21,827 nt of DNA, from assembly GCF_006345805.1 (NCBI RefSeq), contig NW_021823870.1, positions 1 through 21,827 on the forward strand, in the 5' to 3' direction. Below the pieces are notes generated by a model. That model was not told the origin of the DNA. It did not search any database and worked only from the letters and a program-made list of their open reading frames with translations. Below, one piece after another: positions 8,951-19,214 of this stretch (position 1 is the stretch's first letter; every line of letters starts with the position of its first letter). This DNA comes from Octopus sinensis (Eukaryota). A program made the translations under genes and the position numbers.

Positions 8951-9565
8951 AAACCTGCCACACACACACACACACACACACAGACAACTTCAGCTTTATA
9001 TATATATATAGATTTACAATGTATGGATATAGTGGTATGGAATGAATGGTTTTCACACTCTAAACTAAATAGCCATTCTTTCTTTTCTGTTTTTCCTTTT
9101 TTTCTGTCCCACTTTGTAGGTTGTACCATTGTGACATCTCTTCAAATTCTGTCTGTACTGAATTACCGAATTCTCTGTGATCTTTTCAGGTCCTATGTTT
9201 TTGTTTATTATTATCATTTCTTAATGAGCGTTAAGTTATAAACGAGAGCCGTTTATGAGTGGCTTAGCCATTTAGCGAACAACGAACAACGATAGCTTTG
9301 GCTGGCACTCAAAATATCCAGGCCTGTCTGTAACTCATGAGCAGTTTTCTGGAATGTCCCAGGATCTGAAGGATAGCATAGTTGACTGTCATCTGAGTAC
9401 AATGATGACACATTTTTCTTGTTATAATTATTTTTAGCCTCGTGTATTGAATTTTTTTTTTTATAATTAAATAACCCTGTTATTGGAGTGGCACGTAATT
9501 AAATGCTTATATAGATAAGTATCTTCTAGATATTAAGAGCACATCATTATCATTATATATATATA

Positions 9566-10009
9566 CTTTACTTTACTTTTACTTTTTACTTGTTTCAGTC
9601 ATTTGACTGCGGCCATGCTGGAGCACCGCCTTTAGTCGAGGCAAATCGACCCCGGACTTATTCTTTGTAAGCCCAGTACTTATTCTATCGGTCTCTTTTG
9701 CCGAACCGCTAAGTGACGGGGACGTAAACACACTAGCATTCGGTTGTCAAGCAATGCTAGGGGACAAACACAGACACACAAACACACACATATATATAAT
9801 ATATATATATAATATATATACATACACATATAATATACGACGGCTTCTTCAGTTTCTTTCCGTCTACCAAATCCACTCACAAGGCATTGGTCGGCCCGGG
9901 CTATAGCAGAAGACCCTTGCCCAAGATGCCACGCAGTGGGACTGAACCCGAACCCGGAACCATGTGGTTGGTTAGCAAGCTACTTACCACACAGCCACTC
10001 CTGCGCCTA
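9566..10009 (-). mobile_element. Full-length F2 SINE within (TA)n
   Basis: Head at 10009, tail (GTAAA)n at 9566-9590, TA runs on both flanks. Confidence 0.9.
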
Positions 10010-10069
10010 TATATGTGTATGTTATATCATCATTATCATCACCATCGTTATGTATTTACCATGTTCACA

Positions 10070-10210
10070 TTGTGCAAGCATAGCTTGCCAACTGCATGGT
10101 TCCAGGTTCAGTATTGCTGTGTGGCACCTTCCTTAAGTGTCTTGTACTATAACCCGGGGTCAGTCAAAGTGTTGTGAGTGGATTTGGCCAATGGTACTGA
10201 AAGGACCCCA
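10070..10210 (+). mobile_element. Degenerate F2 5' half
   Basis: CATGGTTCCAGGTTCAG..GTGGCACCTT..AAGTGTCTTGTACTATA..TTGTGAGTGGATTTGG. Confidence 0.7.
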
Positions 10211-10654
10211 TTGAGAAGCCATATATATATATATATATATATATCACAACATTCAAGTTACACAGTACTTAGCCTATATCTATAACATTTTATGAGACGG
10301 TTCACACATACACAACACACATACACAACAAAAACACCACACACAGATAATCGTTCCCTAAGTCAGGGATGACATTGAAATAAACATGGGAGAAGCCTTT
10401 GAAGACAGAAGACAGTGAGTGATAAGGATGAATAACACGGCAGCAAAATGAATTGAGCTCAAAACAGAGAATACGATTGGTTAAAATTCGAAGAATTAAA
10501 ACTACGTAAAGTTACAATACATTTTTCTCAAAAAACTATTGAAATTAATGTTTTCTTTTGACACATTCTACCAGTATACGAAGTTTCAAATTATTTAGTT
10601 TAGTAGAAAATTCTGTCCATCTTTTAGAAAAGATCCCAAATGAGTGTGTGTGTG

Positions 10655-10787
10655 GGTGTTTCTTCTAGTTTCGATCTACCAAATTCACTTCCAAGGCTTT
10701 CATCAACCCAAGGCTGTAGAAGACACTTGCCAAGTTCCCATGCAATGGAATTGAACCCAGAACCATGTGGTTGGGAAGCAAGCTTCT
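10655..10787 (-). mobile_element. Degenerate F2 5' half abutting the F1 array
   Basis: Reverse complement reads AAGAAGCTTGCTTCCCAACCACATGGTTCTGGGTTCAATTCC..GGCAAGTGTCTTCTAC. Confidence 0.75.
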
Positions 10788-11420
10788 TATTTTTTTTATT
10801 GCCCACAAGGGGCTAAACATAGAGGGAACGAACAAGGACAAACAACGGATTAATTAGATTTATATGACCCCAGTGCGTGAACTGGTACTTATTTAATCGA
10901 CTCCGAAAGGATGAAAGGCAAAGTCGACCTCGGCGGAATTTGAACTCAAAACGTAGCGGCAGACGAAATACCACTAAGCATTTCGCCCAGTGTGCTAACG
11001 TTTCTTATTTCTTTATTGCCCACAAGGGGCTAAACATTGAGGGGACAAACAAGGACAGACAAAGGGATTAAGTCGATTACATCGACCCCAGTGCCTAACT
11101 GGTACTTAATTTATCGATCCCGAAAGGATGAAAGGCAAAGTCGACCTCAGCAGAATTTGAACTCAGAACTTAGCTGCAGACAAAATACCTATTTCTTACT
11201 ATACCACAAGGGGCTAAACATTGAGGGGACAAACAAGGACAGACAAAGGGATTAAGTCAATTACATCGACCCCAGTGCTTAACTGGTACTTAATTTATCG
11301 ATCCCGAAATGATGAAAAGCAAAGCTGACCTCGGCGGAATTTGAACTCAGAACGTAGCGGCAGACGAAATACTGCTAAGCATCTCGCCCGGTGTGCTAAC
11401 ATTTCAGCCAGCTCGCCGCC
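10788..11420 (-). mobile_element. F1 SINE trimer
   Basis: Full unit 11420-11190, headless unit 11189-11006 and near-full unit 11005-10788 starting at AGAAACGTTAGC. Confidence 0.9.
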
Positions 11421-12109
11421 TTTGTTTTCCAGTATATCACACTGAGAAAAATCTGTAAATACACTGTAGAATTCCTTGTCTGAAAAATTATGTAGTTACT
11501 AAACGGCCTAATACTGGGTACACAGCACAGACCGTCTGTACTAAATCCGTCTGTACGGGGTTAAGGAATATATAACTGCTATTTCTAGCAGGTTTTACCT
11601 ACAATATTACGATGCCCTCATTGGTTTTGGGGGACTTTTTTTTCCCTTGCAAGAACTGGATTTGAAGTGAGAACAAGTTACTGAAACAAAAGAGGAGCTG
11701 TACAGTGAGGGGGGAGGGAACCCCCCCCCCAGAAAATATTGCTGTTAGGGGCGGGGGGGGCTTCTTTTTTTTTTTTAAGAGCTCAAGAAGTGGTGGTTGA
11801 TCCTAAAGACACCTATTTGTAGTGGTTCTCAGGTTATTCTCTTACTGCTGGGGCCCCTAATGTCATATGATCTCCTCTCTCCTCTTCCCCTTGAAAATTG
11901 AAACCTGAGCCCTGTTCATGTAAAAAGTTCTAGCTTTCAGGAGGTGGTTGTGGTTGTGGTGGTGATGGTGGTAGTGGGATTAGTGGTATAGACTGGCAGT
12001 TATGGAAAGCTATTGTGCTAGAGAAGAAGCAAATGGGAATCTTGCATATGTGATTATCAGGGAAGAGTGGGGCATGTGTGCATGTGATAGTATGATTAAA
12101 TTGAGATTA

Positions 12110-12830
12110 TATATATGTGTATATATATATATAACTGTGTGTATATTATATATAGATATATATAATGTGTATATGTATGTGTTTATATATATATATATAT
12201 AAAACTATGTGTATATATTATATATAGATATATAAATGTGTATATGTATGTGTTTATATATATATATATGTGTATATTTTATATAGATATATATATAATG
12301 TGTATATGTCTTTATATATATAAAACTGTGTGTATACGTATGTTTTCATACACACACACACATACACATATGTAAAACTGTGTATATTTTTTATAGATAT
12401 ATATAATGTGTAAATGTATATGTTTATATATATATATAACTGTGTGTATATTTTATAGATATATATAATGTGTTTATGTGTTTATATATATAAAGCAGTG
12501 TGTATATATATGTTTTCATACACGCACACATATTTATATATATAAAACTGTATGTATGTATATTATATATAGATACATATAATGTGTATATGTATGTGTT
12601 TATATATATATATATATAAATAAAAACTGTATGTGTGTATATTATATATAGATACATATAATGTGTATATATATATATATGTTTTTATTATATATATATA
12701 TGTATATAAACTGTATGTGTATATTATATATAGATACAGATAATGTGTATATGTATATATTTTTACATATATATAGAAATATGTGTATATATATATATAT
12801 ATATTATGTGTGTGTGTGTTTATACACAGA
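12110..12830. repeat. AT-rich compound minisatellite (about 8-9 units of roughly 60-115 bp)
   Basis: The scaffold AAACTGTGTGTATATTATATATAGATATATATAATGTGTATATG recurs with variable TA runs. Confidence 0.85.
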
Positions 12831-13059
12831 CTTGCTTGTGTGTGAGTGTTGCGTACATTTTGGCTGCAAACCAGAATATTCTGTTGGCGTTTTTCTCCCT
12901 TACCTCCCACGAATCTTATTTCTGTTGCTGTTGCTATACTGTTGAGCACAATTCTGTGCTGCCTGGTCCCTCAGTTTTCCATAGTACTGACAGTCCTCTA
13001 CACAGAGCATGCCATGCCTGATACTGTTATTCCTTCCTCTGTATGATGCGTCTGCACAG

Positions 13060-13915
13060 CTGGTGATTTTGGGCGTTGGGCTTATGACAAAGTTTTGAGT
13101 TCAGTTCCTGGAGTGGACGGTGTGCTGTATCTGAGCAAAGACACTTCATTTCACATTGCTCCAGTCTACTAGACTTGTAAACAAGTACCTATTTCTTTAC
13201 TGCCCACAAGGGGCTAAACACAGAAGGGACAAACAAGGAAAGACAAACAGATTAAGTCAATTATATTGACCCCCGTGTGTAACTGGTACTTAATTTATTG
13301 ATCCTGAAAGGATGAAAGGCAAAGTCGACCTCGGCAGAATTTGAACTCAGAACGTAACGGCAGACGAAATACCTATTTCTTTACTACCCACAGGGGGCTA
13401 AACACAGAGGGGACAAACAAGGAAAGACAAACAGATTAAGTCAGTTATATCGACCCCAGTGTGTAACTGGTACTTAATTTATCGACCCCGAAAAAAGGCA
13501 AAGTCGACCTCGGTGGAATTTGAACTCAGAACGTAACGGCAGACGAAATACCTATTTCTTTATTACCCACAGGGGGCTAAACACATAGGGGACAAACAAG
13601 GACAGACATAGGTACTAAGTCGATTACATCGACCTCAGTGCGTAACTGGTACTTAATTTATCGACCCCGAAAGGATGAAAGGCAAAGTGGACCTCGGCGG
13701 AATTTGAACTCAGAACGTAACGGCAGACGAAATACCACAAAGCATTTCGCCCGGTGTGCTAACGTTTCTGCCAGCTCGCCACCTTGTAAACAAGTACCAC
13801 CTTAGTCTTGATGCTGTCCTCTCTTCATAAAACGAAGAATCTGTCAAGTTCTGGTGTTGATGCAATCGACTTTTCCCTCATCCTTTAAAATTGCTGGCTT
13901 TGCACCAAATTATTG
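13060..13915 (+). mobile_element. Old SINE remnant split by the F1 trimer
   Basis: Left part has GAGTTCAGTTCC and CTGAGCAAAGACACTTCATTTCACATTGCTCCAG. The right part resumes after the TSD and includes GATGCAATCGACTTTTCCC. Confidence 0.5.
13190..13783 (-). mobile_element. F1 SINE trimer with one 15-bp TSD
   Basis: Units of 231, 179 and 184 bp. TTGTAAACAAGTACC occurs at 13175-13189 and 13784-13798. Confidence 0.95.
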
Positions 13916-13934
13916 TTGTTGTTGTTGTAGTGTT

Positions 13935-14045
13935 AGACGGCAGAATTGGTAGATTGCTAGACAAAATTCCTTTCGGTGTCTAGTTACATTACACTCTTCT
14001 GTTCTCATTTCAAATCCTGCTGAGAAAGACTTTGCCATTTATGCT
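13935..14045 (+). mobile_element. Highly degenerate F1-like SINE head
   Basis: GGCAGAATTGGTAG..TTCAAATCCTGCTGAGAAAGACTTTGCCATTT aligns loosely with the F1 head and B box. Confidence 0.5.
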
Positions 14046-14130
14046 TCCTGTTTCAATGTAATTGAACATGTGTGTGTATATATGTGTATATATTTATATA
14101 TATACATATACATATATATATATATATATA

Positions 14131-14541
14131 CTCTTTTACTTGTTTCAGTCATTTGACTGTGGCCATGCTGGAGCACCGCCTTTTAGTCGAGCAAATCGAC
14201 CCCAGGATTTATTCTTTTGTAAGCCCAGTACTTATTCTATCGGTCTCTTTTGCCGAACCGCGAAGTTACAGGGACGTAAACACACCACACCAGCATCGGT
14301 TGTCAAGAGATGTTGGGGGGACAAACACAGACACGCAAACATACACACACACACATATACATTCATACATATATACATATATATGACAGGCTTCTTTCAG
14401 TTTCCGTCTACCAAATCCACTCACAAGGCTTTGGTCGGCCCGAAGCTATAGTAGAAGACACTTGCCCAAGATGTCATGCGGTGGGACTGAACCCGGAACC
14501 ATGTAAGCAAGCTACTTACCACACTGCCACTCCTACGCCTA
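14131..14541 (-). mobile_element. Full-length F2 SINE within (TA)n
   Basis: Complete head-to-tail match to the other F2 copies, with TA flanks. Confidence 0.9.
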
Positions 14542-14547
14542 TATATA

Positions 14548-14906
14548 TTCTTGTTTCAGTCATGTGTCTGTGGCCATGCTGGAGCACTACCTTTTAGTCG
14601 AACAAATTGACCCCAGGACGTTTTTTTTTTAAAGCCTTCTACTTATTCTATCAGGTTCTTTTGCTGAACTGCTAAGTTATGGGGATATAAATACGCTAAC
14701 TCCGGTTGTCAAGTGGTGATGGAACACACCACACACACACACACACACATATGATGGGCTTCTTTCAGTTTCCATCTACCAAATCCACTCACAAGGCTTT
14801 GTTTCAGCCCAAGGCTATAGTAAAAGACACTTGCCCAAAGTGCCATGCAGTGAGACTGAACCCAGAACCATGTGGTTGGTAAGCAAGCTTCTTACCACAC
14901 AGCTAC
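14548..14906 (-). mobile_element. Second adjacent F2 SINE (more diverged)
   Basis: Same orientation, separated from the previous copy by a short TA run. Confidence 0.9.
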
Positions 14907-14917
14907 ATATATATATA

Positions 14918-14974
14918 TTCTTTTATTCTTTTACTCGTTTGAGTCATTTGACTGAGGCTATGCTGGAGCACCGC
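14918..14974 (-). mobile_element. F2 3' terminal fragment
   Basis: CTTTTACTCGTTTGAGTCATTTGACTGAGGCTATGCTGGAGCACCGC. Confidence 0.8.
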
Positions 14975-15770
14975 TAGCTACCATTATAGAAGTTTCCCTC
15001 ATTGGCACATACATACATAAGACAGTGGGAATGTTTTTGAGGGAGATTTGGTTGCTATTTCTACCAGGTCTAGCAGCTATATAGCGGTTTCCCTCGTTGG
15101 CTTTTGCATACATAAAACAGTGGGATGTGATTTGAGGGAGATTTGGCTACTATTACTCCCAGTTCTAGCTATTATATAGAGGGCTCCCTCATTGAATCAT
15201 TCATACATACATTAGACAGTGGGATGTGATTTGAGGGAGATTTGGCTGCCAATTTTAGCAAGTCTAGCTACTATATAGAGGCTTCTTTCATTGGCTTATA
15301 CATATACACATACATAGGAGAGTGGGATGTGATTTGAGGGAGATTTGGCTACTATTACTCACAGTTCTAGCTATCATATTGAGGGCTCCCTCATTGACTC
15401 ATTCATACATACATAAGACAGTGGGATGTGATTTGAGGGAGATTTGGCTGCCAATTTTAGCAAGTCTAGCTATACATACATAGGAGAGTGGGATGTGATT
15501 TTAGGGAGTTTGGCTGCTATTACTCCCAGTTCTAGCTATCATATATAGAGGGCTCCCTCATTGACTCATGGGATGTGATTTGAGGGAGATTTGGCTGCCA
15601 ATTTTAGCAAGTCTAGCTATACATACATAGGAGAGTGGGATGTGACTTGAGGGAGATTTGACTGCTGTTACTACCAGGTCAATGGTTCATTAATATATAC
15701 TATATAATATATAAGACAATAGGGTTGTGATTTTCGGGAGAGTTAATTACTATTTCTACCAGGTAGATAT
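14975..15770. repeat. Minisatellite with alternating A/B monomers (higher-order repeat)
   Basis: The anchor GTGGGATGTGATTTGAGGGAGATTTGGCT occurs near 15025, 15120, 15219, 15322, 15421, 15488, 15568, 15635 and, degenerate, at 15721. Confidence 0.9.
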
Positions 15771-16472
15771 CAAATAGTGTATCCAGGTACGTTATTTGTG
15801 TAAATGAAAACCTGTGATGATAATGGCGTGAATATTTTATTTGATCATATTTCATCTCCATTGTCATCGCTACCACCTCAGATTAGTTGCTAACGAAAAA
15901 GAAAAAAAAGGAAAAGAAGAAAAATAATTAACAGCAACAATAGGAGTTGCATTCCATCTTCATTGTTAAATTAGAAAAAAAAAAAAAGACAAAAACAGCA
16001 TCTTGATGATGATGATGATGAAGATGATGATAAGGCATGATTTATTTACAGTCAGGGTATAAAATATACGATAAATATTCATAACGTATTTATAAATGAA
16101 ATTATTCATAGTCACTGTTGGCAACTGGTGGCAGTGACATGGAGTAGATAGGATGTTAACCCATAACTATTACCGCTACCATCATCACCACCACCACCAC
16201 TGTAATCATTACTACTACTACTACTCCTATTAGTTTTACCGATGAAGCATATCTGTGGTGATGATGAAATCAAGTGAACCTCAATTTGTTGGGAGCCCTC
16301 TCCGGGCCCTGGTTCAACTACAGGCCACAATTTTTAGCCGGATGTGAGGTGATGGTGGTGGTGTGTTAGGGACTTTGGTATGGAGATTGTGTTCCTAAGT
16401 TGGAAAATTCTTTATTGTTATCAGCACTTACTAGATTTATTTTCCCTAATTTAAAGGTCCATTAGTGCTTAA

Positions 16473-17014
16473 CTCTTTAGCATTTTATCATTATCATCAT
16501 TGTCCCCCGTTGTGCTTTTTTTTATTTACATTGATATGAATTGGTCATGCATTACTTTGTAGCCTTGAGATTTCAGTGAAGTGATTTGGTTATTTCTAGA
16601 ATAACATTGTAGGATAAGTGTGAGAGGTTGAATCAGGCCAGTTTGAAAATAAAGCAGGTAGATTATTTTGGCTGGACATGGCTGGTTTTAAATGTTGTTG
16701 TTTGTTCCTTCTTGAGCTACGCCTGGCTCATAAGGGCCGGTTTCTTGGCGTATAGATTCCCCACCTGGATGGGACGCCGGTCCATCACAGGTGAGCTGCT
16801 GGATGCAGGAGGTAAGAGTGAGAGAAAATTATGGCGAAAGAGTCAGCAGAAGTTTCGCCATTACCTTCTGCCGGAGCCGCGTGGAGCTTAGGTGTTTCGC
16901 TCATAAACTCACACATCGCCCGGTCTGAGATTCGAACCTGCGATCCCTCGACCGCGAGTCCGCTGCTCTAACCACTAGGTCATGTGCCTCCACCTGGTTT
17001 TAAATGCTAAAGAG
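16473..17014. mobile_element. piggyBac-like MITE (about 230 bp net) interrupted by a SINE
   Basis: TTAA at 16469-16472 and 17015-17018 flanks perfect 13-bp TIRs CTCTTTAGCATTT / AAATGCTAAAGAG. Confidence 0.8.
16695..16993 (-). mobile_element. Full-length tRNA-derived SINE with V-like domain and (CAA)n tail
   Basis: A box TAGTGGTTAG (16977-16968), B box GGTTCGAATC (16938-16929), domain CCTGTGATGGACCGGCGTCCCATCCAGGTG, and a 13-bp TSD CTGGTTTTAAATG at 16682-16694 and 16994-17006. Confidence 0.9.
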
Positions 17015-17189
17015 TTAAACGTAAGACTGTTAATTGATGGGAAATTTGAAGATAAAGTGCTAAGAGTTTGGGAAATGCATGAGAAAAGCTTAAAGGGTTC
17101 ACTTCTGGCTGTTTTTGTTGAATCTTTATATTCAGGTGTGCTGTATCTTTGATTTTAGTTTTAAAAATCCTTCCCCGTTATATGAGCCA

Positions 17190-17420
17190 CAGATGGAGTC
17201 CTCTACATAGTAGCTATATCAGTCAACTCTCCCTCAAATCACATTTTCCTGTCTTAATGTATGTATGAGTCAATGATTGAGATCTCTATAATGGTAGACC
17301 TCTTCCTAGAAGCAACAGTCAAATCTCAAATCATAACTTATTGTCATGTGTGCGTGTGTGTGCTAATAAAAGAAGCCTCTACTTAGTCACTAAAACTGTT
17401 AGAAATAGCAGTCAAATTTT
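17190..17420 (-). repeat. Inverted degenerate copies of the 14975-15770 monomer
   Basis: CTCTCCCTCAAATCACAT and AGAAATAGCAGTCAAAT are reverse complements of the array motifs. Confidence 0.7.
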
Positions 17421-17835
17421 TTTTTAACATCATGTAAAGAAGGACACACTAAATAATGTAGTCCTGGTCTGTACAAACTTTGGCGCGTGCAGGGGGCTCA
17501 GTGATCACATCTGTAACCCCTTCCATCCTAAACGCATTCAACCAGGGATGACCTTAGATTAAACAAGAGCAACAATCGGGTGAAGTTGATTATTGAGAGT
17601 TGAGTGCCTTGGTTAAGGACCCAATGCGATTGCCAGTGACTGTATGTGAGCTGTTGACCCCTAAGTTAGCTGACTGGTTACCCTACAGTCATGTGTTCAA
17701 ATTTTACTGTGACCCAAATCAGGATCTAAGTAACTATAGTAACACCATCAATGACTGAACCAGCATAGCAGACCTGCAAGAAATAGCAACCAACTACCTG
17801 GAAAAGGAAACTAACATTGGATAATGTACTCCTAG

Positions 17836-18550
17836 ATCGGCCACGTTACATGTCACCAGCACGGAAGCCAGTCTAGGCGGCGCTGGCATCGGCCACGTTA
17901 CATGTCACCAACACGGAAGCTAGTCTAGGCGGCGCTGGCATTGGCCACGTTCGGATGGTGCTTTTTACATGTCACCGGCACGGAAGCCAGTCTAGGCAGC
18001 GCTGGCATCAGCCACGTTCGGATGGTGCTTTTTACATGTCACCGGCACGGAAGCCAGTCTAGGCAGCGCTGGCATCGGCCACGTTCGGATGGTGCTTTTT
18101 ACATGTCACCGGCACGGAAGCCAGTCTAGGCGGCGCTGGCATCGGCCACGTTCGGATTGGTGCTTTTTACGTGTCACCGGCACGGAAGCCGATGCTGGCA
18201 TTGGCCAGGTTCGGATGGTGCTTTTTACGTGTCACTGACACGGAATCCAATCAAAGCGGCGCTGGCATTGGCCACGTTCGGATGGTGCTTTTTACGTGTC
18301 ACCGACACGGAAGCCAGTCTAGCCGGCCCTGGCATCAGCCACGTACGGAAGCCAGTCTAGCCGTCGCTGGCATCAGCCACGATCGGATTGGTGCTTTTTA
18401 CATGTCACCAGCACGGAAGCCAGTCTAGGCGGCGCTGGCATCGGCCACGTTCGGATGGTGCTTTTTACATGTCACCAGCACAGAAGCCAGTCTAGGCGAC
18501 GCTGGCATCGGCCACGTTCGGATGGTGCTCTTTACGTGCCACCGGCACAG
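17836..18550. repeat. GC-rich 67-bp minisatellite (about 11.5 units, with 52, 59 and 38 bp deletion variants)
   Basis: GGCCACG anchors at 17839, 17891, 17943, 18010, 18077, 18144, 18203, 18270, 18337, 18375, 18443 and 18510. Confidence 0.95.
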
Positions 18551-18842
18551 GGATCACAACTGCAGTTTCCATTAGTTGTAGAAACTCTCATCAAATTGTG
18601 TGTTACTTTTTGCGTGTACATTATATGTTAATGTAGCTTCCCGTGATGTTTTTAACACGTAACAAAACCAGAAAGCAGATGTCACCGTTTTTGTTCAAAG
18701 TTATAAGTAGAATACACAAACATGAAACAATACAAACAAAAAAAAAAAATAACAGCAACAATATTTTAATTTATTTTTATTTATTTATTTATTTTTTAAA
18801 GTAATTGGCTGAAATTCAGCTTATCGATCCAGAGAGAGAGAT

Positions 18843-18844
<2 letters not shown>

Positions 18845-18873
<29 letters not shown>
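18845..18873. repeat. (GA)n microsatellite
   Basis: Pure AG run. Confidence 0.95.
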
Positions 18874-18875
<2 letters not shown>

Positions 18876-18924
18876 ACATGGCCTTGTTGGAAAGATTAGC
18901 CTTATTCATACCTAACTGTTTTTT

Positions 18925-19051
18925 CAAGGGGGTGCTGAAAAAGTTCCTGGCTTTATGGGAAAGAAAAGAAAATATTGTTAATTATGATTTATTCAAGATA
19001 TTTCCCTCTCAGATTCACAAACTTATTGCAGCGGTCCCTCATATTTTCTAA
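18925..19051 (-). mobile_element. Mariner-type transposon 3' end (TIR plus transposase C-terminal remnant)
   Basis: Minus strand 19051-18989 reads LENMRDRCNKFVNLRGKYLE*, resembling the mariner terminus (..RW.KC....G.Y.E*). TIR-like CAAGGGGGTGCTGAAAAAGTTCCTGGCTTT at 18925. Confidence 0.65.
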
Positions 19052-19214
19052 GCTGGTGTGTTTATGTCCCCGTTACTTAGCGGTTCGGCAAAAGAGACCG
19101 ATAGAATAAGTACTGGGCTTACGAAAAAAAAGAATAAGTCCCGGGGTCGAGTTGCACGATTAAAGGTGGTGCTCCAGCATGGCCGCAGTCAAATGACTGA
19201 AACAAGTAAAAGAG
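19052..19214 (+). mobile_element. F2 3' half (5'-truncated)
   Basis: GCTGGTGTGTTTATGTCCCCG through to GACTGAAACAAGTAAAAGAG. Confidence 0.9.

Noticed and set aside
11525-11545. GGGGTTAA as a second piggyBac-like end
   Set aside because: No matching left TIR was found.
12002-13046. ORFs up to 128 aa
   Set aside because: They come mostly from the AT-rich minisatellite, and no recognisable domain is present.
16920-16993. tRNA gene, and likewise the F1 and F2 heads
   Set aside because: A and B boxes are present but there is no proper cloverleaf or acceptor stem, and the sequence continues into a SINE body with a TSD.
17016-17150. Protein-like reading VRLLIDGKFEDKVLRVWEMHEKSLKG
   Set aside because: Short, bounded by a stop once the MITE is removed, without convincing splice sites or a recognised family.
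17836-18550. CRISPR-like regular repeat
   Set aside because: The units repeat in full with no unique spacers, there are no cas genes, and the context is eukaryotic.
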